Shown: positions 31,371 to 45,875 of the stretch, in pieces | Position numbering within the stretch: position 1 is the stretch's first letter | How the letters are laid out: each line of letters begins with the position of its first letter | DNA from: the human T2T-CHM13v2.0 reference genome, Homo sapiens | Assembly: GCF_009914755.1 (NCBI RefSeq) | Contig: NC_060934.1 | DNA length: 64,000 nucleotides | Direction: 5' to 3' (one strand) | Made by a program: the position numbers and the translations under genes | The notes under the pieces: generated by a model | Database searches by the model: none | Told to the model about the DNA's origin: nothing | Seen by the model: only the letters and a program-made list of their open reading frames with translations

Positions 31371-31754
31371 ATGTACATCCTGCACAATGGCTAGAAATAA
31401 AAAGACTGGTGATACCAAGTGTTGGAAAGGATGTGAAGCAGTAAGAACTCTCCCTGTTTTGGGGACTATAACTAGGCACATTCACTTTGGAAAACTGTTT
31501 TACAGTATCCACGAAAGCCGAACGTCATACTTAATAACTAAATAAATTGCTCTCATGGGCTTATGTCCACAGAAATGTATCCGTATGTTTACCAAAAAAC
31601 AAGAATGGTCATAGGCATACTCTTCACAATTGTCCCAAATGCAAAATAACCCAAATATTCATTGACATAGAGTGGGCAGATAAATTGTCACATCTTCACA
31701 CTATGGAGTATTATACAGAAATTAGAGTGAACAAACTGCAACTACACACAACAA

Positions 31755-31989
31755 AGGAAAATTAAATACACATGTGGATTGAACATCCATTTTAGCAAAG
31801 CATTGTGCTAGTTCAGGCAAACAAAGATAAATCTTGATCCTGTTAAGGTAGATGAACTAATAAAGCCAGTGCTTATGTGTTAGACCTTATACCTTCTTCC
31901 TGTTCAAAGACATTGATCAGGAATTTTTCCATTTCTCTCATATTTTATACACACCACCATTCTTTCTGAATCATACCCATCAGTACACA
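31755..31989 (-). repeat. Inverted duplicate of 26132-26370
   Basis: Reverse complement matches 26132-26370, including two exact 28-mers. Confidence 0.9.
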
Positions 31990-33552
31990 ACAATCTGGAT
32001 GAATCTTCCCAACATAACATTGAGTGAAAGGAACCATATGCCAAAGACTACCTACTATGGTATATTCCAAAATAGAAAAGCTAAGAGCGTTAAAAGTTAT
32101 GACAGTGGTTTTCTCTGATGGTGGTTAGTGATAAGCAGGGAGACTGACAGAGTTTTGTAAGGTGCTAATAAAGTTTTATTTCTTAATAAGTACTGGTTAT
32201 ACATGTGTGTGTTAGTTATGTGAAAATGCATCGAGCTATACACACATAATTTGTATATTTTCCCATGCATATGCTGTTTTTCAATTAAAACACTAAAAAC
32301 GCATAACTCTGAGGCCCGTTGGCATACTGTGTTATGTCAAGATAGTAATTCTGTCTGATAGTTACCTCATTCACAACTCAGCTTAATTTAGAGTCCCAAT
32401 GGGTTTGGAGGACTTGGTTTAAAAATTCCATAAAGAAAACAACCATAATACTAAGATCACTTTAAAATGAAATGCTTTTATGTTTAAATGTTTTTTTGTG
32501 TGTACAATCCACAATTTCTATTTGAAATGTTGAAATATGTTATAGAATGAATGATACTGATGTAGGTTATATTCATTAAGATAAAAAATAAGACATTTAC
32601 TTAAGTCAAGGTTGCCTAGAGCTTAAAAAAAATCCAGACGTAACTTTAGTAATAATGACTAAAATCATACTGTTAGTAAGTAACCTTTGCTGAGGGCTCT
32701 CTATTTCAAAGCAACCTTAATCTTTGATGGGATTGTTCCATTTAATCTTCACAACAGCCGCATGGAGTTTTATCATCTTTGAACCCCATAAACATTCCTT
32801 ACTCAAGCATTATACTTGAACCATTTTATTACTTTAAGGAACTTTACAACCTACATCATCTACATCATCAACTGCCAATGTATTGAAATAAATGTAGCAA
32901 AGGTCATTTGTGAAAAAACAGCCCATCATGGTAAGAAGAATTTAAAGAATAATTTTCAAGTGAAAAATTATTGAAAATTGCCATTATTCCCTCAAAACCC
33001 CCTGTTCTGCAAGACTTCAAAAAAAGATTAATTCCCCATAATACTTGCTTGTTTGTGTTCTGATTCATTTGCAATTTAATACTATGTTTAATGAGGGTAG
33101 CAACACAAAGTTAACACAAGCTTGTCGAAGTGGGCAGTACAGAATTATCTATAACACGTTTTAAACAATGTCATATTCATTTACTCTGTTTAAAAATCCT
33201 TATTTTTTGAGGCTACAATGTATTCTTACATTGTATAATACCAAGGAAATGGGAATAATTAAATTTCTCACAATGCTGTTTTTGATGTGCTACTTTTAAA
33301 GCTTTCTGCTGTTGGCTCATGGTGGGGCCAGGGTAGGGGAAATTTTTCACGTGTATTTCTAATCCTTATTTTTGGCAAGATATAGAACTATTTTTGAGAA
33401 GATTTTAAAATAAAAGTTAAATGATTTTGTTCATTTAAATGAGCAAATTATGTAAAAAGAGTAGCTTTGGGATAATTTTCACTAGATTACCTATTAAGTT
33501 ATAAGATGGGTAATTTACCTGAGATAATAATATGAATTTTTATAAAGTTTGC

Positions 33553-33850
33553 ACTGGGCAGAGTGACTCATGCCTATAATCCCAACACTTTGGGAGGCTG
33601 AGGCGGGTGGATCGCTTGAGCCCAGGAGTTCAAGACCTGCCTAGGCAACATAGTGAGACCTCATCTTTACAAAAAATAAAAAATTAGACAGGCGTGGTGA
33701 CAAGCATCTGTAGTCCCAGCTACTTGGGAGGCTGAGGCAGGAGGATTAATTGAGCCCTGGAAGGTTGAGGCTGCAGTGAGCTGAGATCATGCCACTGCAC
33801 CCCAGCCTGGGCGACAGAACGAGATGAGATCCTGTCAAAAAAAAAAAAAA
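33553..33850 (+). mobile_element. Alu (AluJ-type)
   Basis: gatcgcttgagcccaggag, gaggctgcagtgagc; TSD aaagtttgc. Confidence 0.94.
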
Positions 33851-33954
33851 AGTTTGCTTCCAAATTGATAAGAGATGCCCAAAATAGGATTAAATAATCT
33901 TAAAAATTGTCCTTGAAAAACTAAAGGATTTCTATAGTTGTACAAGTATTGTTC

Positions 33955-34105
33955 CTGTATCTTCTTATGAGGGCACTAATCTCATTATGAGGGCTCCACC
34001 CTCATGACCTAATCGTCTCCCAAAGGCCCCACCTCTTAATGTCATCACATTGGGAATTAGAATTTCAACATATTAATTTTAGGGAGATACATTCAGTCCA
34101 TAACA
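33955..34105 (-). mobile_element. MLT1 LTR fragment
   Basis: gagggctccaccctcatgacctaatc...cattcagtccataaca. Confidence 0.8.
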
Positions 34106-34392
34106 ATTTATTTTAAGGACTTTTACTCCTGAACCAAACACGTGTACATACAAGGTAGCAACAGAAAGATTTCTGAAGTCTTCGGGGACCCCACCAAATG
34201 TCCTCCATAAGGTTCAATTTGTTCTTTTTTGCTAGAATTTTTGATCACTTGTTTCCTTCGCTTTTACTATCACAAAAAATATAATAATGAGTAGTTCTAA
34301 AGTCCTACATTAGTAACACATTTAAATTATATGCATCTATACATATACAAGCCATCCTCTTGTAAAATTCCCTGAAAAACAGAATATGATTA

Positions 34393-34760
34393 ATAGTGGT
34401 TTGGCTGTGTCCCCACCCAAATCTCATCTGGAGTAGTTCCTATAATCCCCATGTGTTTGGGAGGGACCTGGTGGGAGGTAATTTAGTCATGGGAGTGGTT
34501 ACCCTGATGCTGTTCTTGTGATAGTGAGTGAGTTCTCATGAGATCTGATGGTTTTATAAGGGGATTTTCCCCCTTTTGCTCGGCACTTCTCCTTGCTGCT
34601 GCCATGTAAAGAAGGGCTTGTATGCTTCCCCTTCTGCCATGATTGTAAGTTTCCTGAGACCTCCCCAGCCATGAAAAACTGAGTCAATTAAAACTTTTTT
34701 TTTATATATTACCCAGTCTCAGGTATGTCTTTATTAGCAGCGTAAGAATGGACTAATAGA
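34393..34760 (+). mobile_element. THE1 solo LTR (MaLR)
   Basis: tggtttggctgtgtccccacccaaatctcatc...gagatctgatggttttataagggg...ggactaata. Confidence 0.92.
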
Positions 34761-35738
34761 AGGATTTATTAAGGCAATGAGGAAAATAAAATTGACTTGC
34801 TAAGACATTTTTAAGTCAGCGTTCCCCCATCAGATTCACATTTATTAAGTTAAAGCATGAACACTTAGATATGCAAAGTGACTCTGTGTAGAGTTTGCTT
34901 TTGTAAATTGAGGAAAAAGCCAAAGACTTTTTCTTTATGGATAATTTGAAGAATGAGCTCATTCATTCATATACAAACATATGCATATATATGCATATAG
35001 ATATGTAAATATATAGATATATATCACTACTATATGGCAGATATAATGCTAGAAAAAAACAGAGAGGAAATTGAGTTAAGTTTCTAAAGTGAGAGAACAC
35101 AGGAGTTTGGGGAGAAATGGTAATGGCAAGAAGAACTTCCACTAGGGGCAAGACAGGCTGAGACTCCCAGCAGGCAGAACTTGTTAGAAAGTTTTCTACA
35201 TATCAGAGACTTGTCAAGACTTGATCAGACTTATCAGCACAAGCAGTGTTTTGTTGTTGTTGTTGTTTTGAACAAATCTGCTGTCAGTGTTCAGATGTGG
35301 ATAAAGAGGCCTCCAGGCCACCACACTACAGAGATTTCCAGATGTAAAGTGAGAAATCCAGATTTTATGTTGTTGACTAGGATGATGACAGTGAGAAGAG
35401 AAAAAAATAGAATTTCTTGGAAAGATATATGTAAGGGAAAATTAATAGAATTTCCTATCTGATTGGATGGAGAGACAGCAGAGAAGAATGACAGCATGGA
35501 AGATTCCAGCCAAAGGGATTAAGAGAACAGTATTTCTAAAACGGACAAGGAAGTCAGACATTTGGTGACAAGGTTTCATTTTAGATCTATTCAGGGCTTT
35601 CTCTTTTGGTGTGTTTTGTTTAAATGGCACTAATGTCAGAGTTGAATTTGTTCGACAGAAAGAAGATACAAATGCAATATTTTATGACCTGAATATAGGG
35701 CTCCTGTGATAATATCTTAATCAAAATGAATATTTTCT

Positions 35739-36121
35739 TTTATATATATATTTTTATTATACTTTAAGTTCTAGGGTACATGTGCACAACGTACAGGTTT
35801 GTTACATGTGTATACATGTGCCATGTTGGTGTGTTGCACCCATTAACTTGTCATTTAACATTAGGTATATCTCCTAATGCTATCCCTCCCCCCTTCCCCC
35901 ACCCCACAACAGGCCGCGGTGTGTGATGTTCCCCTTCCTGTGTCCACATGTTCTCATTGTTCAATTCCCACCTATGAGTGAGAACATGCGGTGTTTGGTT
36001 TTTCGTCCTTGCAATAGGTTGCTGAGAATGACGATTTCCAATTTCATCCATGTCCCTACAAAGGACATGAACTCATCATTTTTTATGGCTGCATAGTATT
36101 CCATGGTGTATATGTGCCACA
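35739..36121 (-). mobile_element. 5'-truncated L1PA (L1PA4-like) 3' end
   Basis: ttatactttaagttctagggtacatgtgcacaacg...; TSD caaaatga(a/g)tattttct at 35722-35738 and 36122-36138. Confidence 0.93.
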
Positions 36122-36211
36122 CAAAATGAGTATTTTCTATTTGTAATTATTTGGTATCTGCCTCTGTATATTACATGTGGGAAAAAATTGTTAAGAATAT
36201 TAGCCTTCTAC

Positions 36212-36490
36212 TTTTTTTTTTTTTCTGAGGCACAGTCTTGCTCTTTGCTCAGGCTGGAGTGCAGTGGCACAATCATAGCTCGCTGCAGCCTCATCCTTTT
36301 GGGCTCAAGTGATCCTCCTGCCTCAGACTTCCCAGTAGCTGGGACCACAGGTGCATGCCACCACAGCTGGCTAATTTTTAAAAAAAAATTTTGTAGAGAC
36401 AGAGTCTCACTATGTTGCCCAGATTGGTCTCAAATTCCTAGGCTCAAGGGATCCTCCTGCCTCAGCCTCCCAAAGTGCTTGGATTACATG
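36212..36490 (-). mobile_element. Alu (AluJ-type)
   Basis: aatcatagctcgctgcagcc...ctcaagtgatcctcctgcc. Confidence 0.92.
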
Positions 36491-36552
36491 GTACTGGCTT
36501 TTAGCCTTCTGCTTTTTATGAATGTCTTTTTTCCCACTCTCATCCCTCAGGA

Positions 36553-36809
36553 TTGTGTATGTGTTGTGTGCAGTGTGTGTGTTGTGTGTAGTGTGTGTGT
36601 TGTGTGCAGTATGTGTGTTGTGTAGTGTGTGTGTTGTGTAGTTTGTAAGGTGCATGTGTTTTCTGGTGTGTAGTTGGGTTTTATAATGTGTGTGGTGTGT
36701 GTAGTGTATAAAGTATGTGTGTTGTGTATGGTGTATGAGGTATGTGTGTTATGTGTGGCATCTGTGAGTTCTGTGAATGTGAGGTGTGTGAGGCATGTGT
36801 CCTGTATAT

Positions 36810-36850
<41 letters not shown>

Positions 36851-37245
36851 GTTGGGGTATGTTGTGTAGTGTGTGAGGTACATGTGTTGCATGTGGTGTG
36901 TGTGAGGTGTGTGTGTGTTGTTTGTGTGTGAAGCAGGTGTGTATGGTGTGTGTGCTGTGTAGTTGGGGTGTGTTGTGTGTAGTGTGCAAGCTATATACAT
37001 GGTGTGAGGTGTGTGTGTAAGGTGTGTGTAGTGTGTGAGTTACGTGTGTTGCATGTGTGTGTGAGGTGTGTGTGTTGTTTGTGTGTGAGGCAGGTGTGTA
37101 TGGTGTGTGTAGTGTGTGGTTGGGGTGTGTTGTGTGTAGTGTGCAAGCTATATACATTGTATGAGGTGTGTGTAAGGTGTCTGTGGTGTGTGAGGTATCT
37201 GTGTTGTGTGTGTTTATGTGTGTGGTGTGTGAAGCTTGTGTGTTA
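36553..37245. repeat. Degenerate TG-rich tract with ~157-bp internal duplication
   Basis: GT-rich; gcaagctatatacat at 36986 and 37143. Confidence 0.92.
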
Positions 37246-38214
37246 TTTGGACAGCCACGTTCATCGCTGGGTGCCAAGGAGGCAGTATCTTTATCCTGCA
37301 CATCCTAGGCAAATAGGCCCCAGGGCCACTGTATAAACATCCCACATTTGAAGGAGTCACAGCTCCCAGCCAGTTTTTCAGATCAGACATTGAAGGAAAT
37401 AATGATGGCATAACTGTTACCATGAGCTTTTCAACTGTGAAGTTCTTTCCCCTCTACTACTCTGGTCTCGTTACTGCTCCCACATATAAGTGAAATCAAC
37501 CAAACCTTAGAGAATATCATTTCTTCTCCCTTCCAGTAGGAAAGCAAAGAAAAAGAATGATGATTATCTAAGTCCGGTTACCATTTGTTAAACTCCTTGT
37601 TTATTAATACACTTAATCCCCACAACTTCAAGAAGAAGAGATTATTTTTCCTAATTTACAGGTAAGAAGCCTGATCTATCTTCAGAGGGGCATTCCTGCA
37701 AAGCCACATGGAGTGGGGTGCTATTTGTGGGTATCCAAACCTAGGCCATAGCCAGTGCCCTGAAGCATTGAGCCACTTTGAACACTGTGGTTTTATTCAT
37801 ATGTGAGGGCTTGGACTACCTGGCCTGTTTAAAGCAGGCTTATGACGTTAATTAAATAACTGCCTTGATTCAACAAGGTTTCAGCAGACTGTTCCCTGTC
37901 CTTCATCTCCTACCCTCTTGCTCTCTCTCCTTTCTTTCCCTCCCTCCCTTCCTTCCTCTCTCCCTCCCTACCTCCTTTCTTCTTTCCTTCCTTCTTCTCT
38001 TTCAAAACATTCTTTTGGTTCATAGGTTAAAATTCAACTACAATGCTAGATGATGACAAAATGCTGCCATTTTGAATTCCTGTTTCTTTATCCATTTTTA
38101 AATTAAATTACTTCAAGACAGATCTCTAATATCAATAGCAGAAACGATTACACTCCAGTCAATACATATACATACATAGATATATAAACACACATATATA
38201 CATTTCTTATCAAT

Positions 38215-38390
38215 ATTTGTGGCCAATCATCTGTTTAGCCTTGGGCAAGATTTCTTATCTTGCTGAGCATCTGTACAGTGGGGATAATAATGTGGCTCAC
38301 CTCACAGACGTATTGTAAGGATTAAATTAAATAATCTGCAAAGCAGTTGCACAGTGCCTGGTACATAGTGAGCACTTAGTACATGTAAAA
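38215..38390 (+). mobile_element. MIR
   Basis: ccttgggcaag...catctgtacagtggggataataa...aggattaaattaaataa...cagtgcctggtacatagtgagcact. Confidence 0.8.
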
Positions 38391-38481
38391 CATTCAAATT
38401 GTGCATACATTTCATTGAAATATGTTTCTGCTGTTTCGTGTTTAATTTGTGTACTTGTTTTTGTCAACTATGATTTCTTAG

Positions 38482-38992
38482 TGAGGCAGGAGACTGGCAG
38501 GGCGTATTTCCCGGTCCCTACCAGATGAAGTGAAGAAGCCACTAGAAACCAGCAGGAACCAGCAGATGGCAAGGAAAGTGATCCCTAGCTACCCTCAATG
38601 CTTATTAGCCTAGAACACTCCCGCCAGTGCCATGACAGTTCACAAATGTCATGGCAACAACCTGGAAGTTACCACCCTTTCCATAGCAATAACCCAGAAG
38701 GGATCACCCCTTTTCTAGAAAGTGCTAAATAACCCACCCCTCCATTTGCATTAACCCACTCCTTAATTTGCATGTAATTGAAAGGGAATATAAGTGGTTA
38801 TAAATACAGTTGCCAACAGCCCATACTGGGTGCACTACCTTTGAGTTAGCCCTGCTCCATAAGGAATGGTACTGTTCGATAAAAGGCTGCTGTCTAACAC
38901 CACCGGCTCATCCTTGAATTCTCTCCTGGGCAAAGCCAAGAATCCTCTTGGGCTATGCCTCGATTTTGGGGCTCATCTGTCCTGCATTATCA
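38482..38992 (+). mobile_element. ERV1 solo LTR (MER41/MER66-group-like)
   Basis: tgaggcaggag...ccagtgccatgacagttcacaaatgtcatggcaac...ggaagttacc...cctgcattatca. Confidence 0.75.
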
Positions 38993-41524
38993 GTATTCCA
39001 ACATGATCTTTATCTCTATCATTGAGGAATCCTTCGCTGCAGTTTCAAGTAAACATAACCCTTGCTCAAACTGTTCTGTAATGCTAACATGTGTGATCAA
39101 AGGCACACTTCTGTGTTCTAGTCTAGAGGCGGGCTGTGTTTACCATATTCACTTACATTTACCAAACCCTTTGGGATTTTTCAGGACAAAAGAAAAGCAT
39201 TTTCTATATTACTATTGCCATCTGGCATTTTGTGTCTGTTTTATTTCTATGGCTTCAGTGACAACAGTATATCACTCCTCCCAAAGTCCTTCATGTGCAG
39301 TGTGAAATCTAGTTGCTGAATATTATTAGGCTACATTAATTTGTAGAGTCCTTTGGGCCACTTGGATTTAATGTACTATATCAGCAGAAAATACCATTAT
39401 TAGCACTCTAATTAAAGACATTTTATGGTGCCTTCAAGTATGATTGAGACATTTTCCTTAAGTATGCAATTCAGAGAGCTAGTAATCCTGGCATCTGGAT
39501 GGCTTATAAGAAGAACATAAAATACTTCTAAATGTGTGATGTCTTTACTCCTTATATTCTGTAGTAAGAGATTAGGCTCAAGGAAATATTCTTCTATATT
39601 CCCAAATACATCAGCACACGTTATTATTGAACATGATAATACAGGTTTTAGATTCTCTCTGATACTTTCTTTGGAATACGATCTAAAAATATTGAATGAT
39701 CTGGGAATCTATTTTCAGAAACTATTTCCTTTGAAGAAGGCATCTCCAAACAAATGGTAACGGAAAGAGTGGTTCGTTGGCTTTTAACTATTCTTCTTAA
39801 AAACATAGGATTTCAGAGCTGACAGGAACCTTGAAAAGTAATAAAAATTTACTCTAATTTCCTCATTTGACAGTGAAGGACATTAAGGTTAAGCGGCAAA
39901 GGCCATTTGTGTTTAAATCTAATGAGCCACAGCGGCAAGCTGTCATCTTAAAAACACTATCTAGATTACCATGGGAAACTGCCTATTGTGTTTTGTGATT
40001 TAGACATGTCACTTTTAAACTTTCAATGCCTAAAACCCTCATCTAACTGGAAACATTTTTCCACATGCTTAGAAAAAGGCAGAAAACAGGGGAGGTGGGA
40101 GAATCAATTCAGTACATCTGTTTACAATAACAGTACATAAAATCACCTACAGCCTGGCTAGTTTTACCATAATCATTGTTCATAGTGATGATACTTCCTG
40201 GGACTTCAAAGTCAGAAAATACTTAACTATTTTGAAAGATTTTTCAATGTCTCCTCAGTTTTCCTCTGAATTCAATAAATAAAAGTATTACATCCCCTGA
40301 GAACTCTGACTGATAGAGTTTTCTGACAATGGCTTTTTATTTTCAACATTTCATGCTTTAATTCTGATATACTTTAAAGAAGATGTAACAGGTAAAATAT
40401 ATAGCCAGAGTTACCCACTAAAGTCGGATTGGTAATTTTAACTTAACTATTTTTACTTTTGTTAAGTCATCACAAATAATTTTTTTGTGTTAAATTATAA
40501 ACATAGGCCACATAAACAAAGGCCACATGCTTAGTACAAATTTTGTCCTGGCATCTAGAATAGGTTTTATGTCACCTGGGCCAGACCCCTTACTGTAGAG
40601 CTAGGATGCTGAAAGCCTTACCCATGTGGTCTCAGCTGGTAAGGGTGAGGACTGAGAAGAAAATTAGGCCAAATTAGTCTCCAGATTAGCACTTGCAAAA
40701 ATTGGTCAAGACAGCTTAATCATTTCAACTTTCTATTTTCCCCAAATTATTTTCTGAAAAATTACCTACTTTACTAATTGTCCACTTTAAATCTGTGATA
40801 GTTCTAAGAATGATATACTGAAAGCTGTATTCAGTGAGCCAGAGTTCTATATAACAGCCAAATGCTTTTTTCTGGCCTATCTGGAATATTCTATAACTCA
40901 ACTATTGTGGGGAGACTTAGAAATTTCAATTTTATTAACTTTTCTATGACCAAGAATAAAAAAAAAAGGCTAGATTTGTATGGCCTAATTTGGTGAGACA
41001 AATGAAAGCAAAACACTACTAACTTAGCTAATAATTTGGGAAAGCCCAGTTCTACAATTGCAAATGTGTCTTGCTTTGAGATGCATAGGGCAGTTTCTCT
41101 CCCTTCCCAAATTATCAGGATGCTAAATGAACAATTATTTATAAATTACATGTATTTATTTTTTATCACTTGTAGGTAGTTCTGACAGAAAACTGGATCT
41201 GCACAGTAATGAAAGCATTTATCCTACAAAACACTTTATGTCATATTAAACAGAAAAATAATTGTTCCGAATAATCAAGAAGGTATTATTAAAGTAGGCT
41301 TCTGTCCTTTTCCAAAAATATGAAGGTTGTTATATGAACACTGTCATGGACCTATTTCCATGAGTTTACATATTTCTAGGTTATAGGAATAATAATAACA
41401 TGATCTAGGCTACCCATACTATAAACTAAGATTTAAATTATAAAGATAATAGGTTTAAATTGCTTCAGAATGCAGATGAATGGTCTTATTATAATAGGGC
41501 TGACCTTGAAGCAGCTATAATATT

Positions 41525-42450
41525 TAAAATAATTAAACTAGAAATGGAAAGGAATTTCCTCAGTACGATAAGAAACATTTATGAAAACCCATAGCTAACA
41601 GCATACTCAATGGTGAAAGACTGAAAGCTTTTGCATTAAGATCAGAAAAAAGACAAAGATGCCCACTCTCGCCACTTCTATTCAACATTATATTTGAGTC
41701 TAAGCCAGAGCAGTTTGGCAAGAAAAAGAAATATGAAGCATCCAAATCAGGAAAGAAGAGCAAAGTTATCTGTTTGCCAATAACATGATCATATATATAA
41801 AAACTCCTGAAGAATCTGTAAACTAATGGAGCTAATAAAAAATTCAGCAAAGTTGCAGGATACAATGTCAACATACAAGAATCAGTTGTATTGTTATACT
41901 CTAGCAGTAAGTACTCTGAAAATGATACTAAGGAAAAAATCATGTACGGTAGAATATTATAAAAATAAATACTTGATAAATTTAACCACAGAGGTGTATA
42001 ATACTTGAACAATGAAAAATACCAAATATTGCTAAATGAAATTAAGACCTAAATAAATGGAAAGCTATCCGATGTTCATGGACTGGAACACTCAATGTCA
42101 TTAAGATGTCAATGTTTCCCAAAGCCATCTACAAATTAAATGCAATCCCTATCAAGATCTCAACAGCATTTTTTCAGAAATGGAAAACCTGATCCTAAAA
42201 TTCATATGGAATTGGAAGGGAGCCCAAATCGCCAAAACAACATTGAAAAAGAATAACAAAGTTAGACAAGTCACACTTTCCAATGTATCAAAATGGAGTT
42301 TCTGTTTGGAGTGATGAAAACGTTTCAGAACCAGGTAGAGGTGATGGTTATGTAACACTGAAGGTACTGAGTGCCTCTGAATTGTATACTTTAAAATGCA
42401 CACTTTAAATTTTTTTGCTATGTAAATTTTACATCAATAAAAAAGTTAAA
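41525..42450 (+). mobile_element. L1MB-like: ORF2 (RT region) fragment joined to 3' end
   Basis: aaaacccatagctaacagcatactcaatggtgaaagactgaaagc...gatgcccactctcgccacttctattcaacat; 3' end at 42290-42450. Confidence 0.8.
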
Positions 42451-43991
42451 CTATCAAGTTATTTGCTAGCCTAAAATAAAAAACAGAGGTTCACAAATAT
42501 GTCATTAAATACTGTAGGAATTGCCAGAAAATTTTTGTTCTAAATATGTCTTAGAGATTTGGAAAATGGTGAACATTTGTTCCCATATCATCTTATTAAA
42601 ACGAAAACCTTAGGCCATGTAAATAAAGACTCATCCAGTAAAAAGTGCTAGAACTACAGTAACTAAAATTAAAAACATAACAAAAAAATTAAGAATGTTA
42701 CCCTGACAGCTTGAGTGGCATTTTACTGTGGATCTGCTTGCCAATGAATATGGTGGGAACAGCTAAAAATAGACATGAGGAAGGAATCATAACAAATGCT
42801 AGGGATACATCTGTAATACGATTGAAGTTGAATTATAAAAATAAGCTCCTTTCATGGTTGACACTAGTATTTATTCGTTTCCTATTGAAATAGGGGTTGA
42901 TGTTTTTCTTAATTTTATAAGAATTTTACTGGTTATTAACTGAATGTTTGGAGACAAAATGTGTCTTTTCTGAGTCTCAGGTTCCTTAACTGTAAGGTGA
43001 TGATAATAACTCCAAGCATATGAGGAAGATAGCATGAGATTATTTATATACACCTTACTGCATAACACAGAGTAAACAATTATTGAACATTAGTTCTCCC
43101 ATTTAAAGAAAAAATCTCTATCATAAAGCCATCTCAGCGAGGTTTTTGCTTAATACTTTTACCATGTTTTAGGTTTTTGAAAGGCAGGGGTAAGAGGAGG
43201 ACTTATCAGAAAAATGGATCTTCCTAAAGAAGAGTACCATGGGGTTTGAAGATAAACATGAGCCTTTTTCCATGCTTTACGGAATGGGCTAATGACTGTA
43301 CTCCATACAAAATTCTTTATATAGTTAAAGATGATCATAAAGGGTCATCTCTAAATCACCCCATTCCTATTACTCTTTCTCATAGATACAATTTCCTAAT
43401 TGCTAATTATCTGAGAAGATACACAACTAAAATTGGGAATGCGAAGTTCTGTATTTTCTCTGTACCTAGCTCATTTGAGGCTTTATGTCGCAACTTGGTC
43501 TCCTGTTGTTTGAAAAAAAAAAAAAAAAAAATGGAAAGACTCAGTTGTCTTCCAGGAGCACTGTGAGAATTGGTGGTTTTTCAGTAGGTTGAAACTGAGG
43601 TTTATAAAGAGATTAAAGACATACTACAAACTGATCATTCTGAAATTATTTTGTTAAAGTTAATGAAGTTAGAATGCATGTTTTAAAATCAGGTGGGTAA
43701 ATTGTTGACAATTATTAAAATTGAGATCGTGAATTCCAAAGGAATGTAAAGATACTCATTTTAAATGCCTGTAATTGTGAATGTTTTGAGTTAATTTTTA
43801 TATGTTATACATGCAGTTTCAAATTATTTGACAGCAATTTAAATTGCTTAAAAACACAGTTGGTAAGAGAAACTAAGACTACAGGTTACTTTGCAGGTAT
43901 TGAATTTTGATGCAATAATAACTCCTTATCTTTTTTCTCAGATAATAAATATCTGTCTATGGTGCTTTTCACCCATAAAAATGATGTACTT

Positions 43992-44276
43992 GGTTAGGTG
44001 CAGTGGCTCACACCTGTAATCCCAGCACTTTGGGAGGCTGAGGTGGACGGGTCACCTGAGGTCAGGAGTACGAGAACAGCCTGCCAGCATGGTGAAACCC
44101 TGTCTCTATTAAAAATACAAAAGAAAAAAAAATAGCCGGGCATGGTGATGCATGACTGTAATCCCAGCTACTCCGGAGGCTGAGGCTGAGAATCGCTTGA
44201 ACCCAGGAGGCAGAGGTTGCAGTGAGCCGAGATCGCGCCACTGCACTCCATCTTGGACGAAAGAATGAGACTCTGT

Positions 44277-44325
<49 letters not shown>
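43992..44325 (+). mobile_element. Alu (AluSx-like) with (CA)n tail
   Basis: Full Alu; tail replaced by ~23 CA units (44279-44325). Confidence 0.95.
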
Positions 44326-44327
<2 letters not shown>

Positions 44328-44784
44328 TGTGCTCATTGCCTTCTAGGTTTTTTGCAGAAAGATAGCACCATAGTCTTAAAACACTGAATATAGTGATCAA
44401 AACAGTGTGGTACAGGCATACAGACAGACATTTAGACCAGTGAAACAATAGGGTGCCAAGAAATAAAACTTTGAATATATGGTCAAATGATTTTTGACAA
44501 GGAAGCCAAGACTTAAATGTAAGACCTAGAACTATAAAACTGTTTAAAAGCACAGGGGAAAACTTCATGACGTTGGATTCGTAATAGGCAGCAAAAGAAA
44601 AAATATACAAATTGGTCTTCAACAAAATTGAGAACTTTTGTGCATCGAAGGACACTATAATGTTTTTGTGGTCAAAGGTCATTTTTCACTTTGTTGAATG
44701 AAAAGTTAACCCACGGAATGGAAGGAATATTTGCAAATCATATATCTGATAAGGATTATTATTCAGAATTCATTAAAAACTCCT

Positions 44785-45096
<312 letters not shown>

Positions 45097-45572
45097 TCAC
45101 AACATAAAAACAAATAATGCAGTTTAAAAATGAGTAAAGGACTTGACAGTTCTCCAAAGAGGATATACAAATATATTCTTTTATATGTATATGCCGTATT
45201 TTGTTTATCCATTCATCCACTGATGAATGTATAGGTTGTTTCCACATTTTGTCTATTGTGAATAATGGTGCTATGAACATGGGTGTATGAATATCTCTTA
45301 GGGTCCCTGCTTTTTAAATAAATTTTGTGTATATATCTAGAAGTGGAGTTGCTGGATCATACAGTAATTCTGTCTGAATTATTTGACAAACTGCCATATG
45401 GTTTTCCATAAAGGCTGCGCCATTTTACATTCCCAACAGCAGTGCACAGGGTCTCAATTTCTCCATATCCTCACCAACGCTTGTTATATTCTGTTATTTT
45501 GAAAACAGTCATCCTAATGGACGTGAAGTGGTATCTGATTATGGTTTTCATTTGCATTTCCCCAATGATTAG

Positions 45573-45875
<303 letters not shown>

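Noticed and set aside
36410-37336. His/Thr- and Cys/Val-rich ORFs up to 206 aa
   Set aside because: Translation of the TG/CA low-complexity repeat
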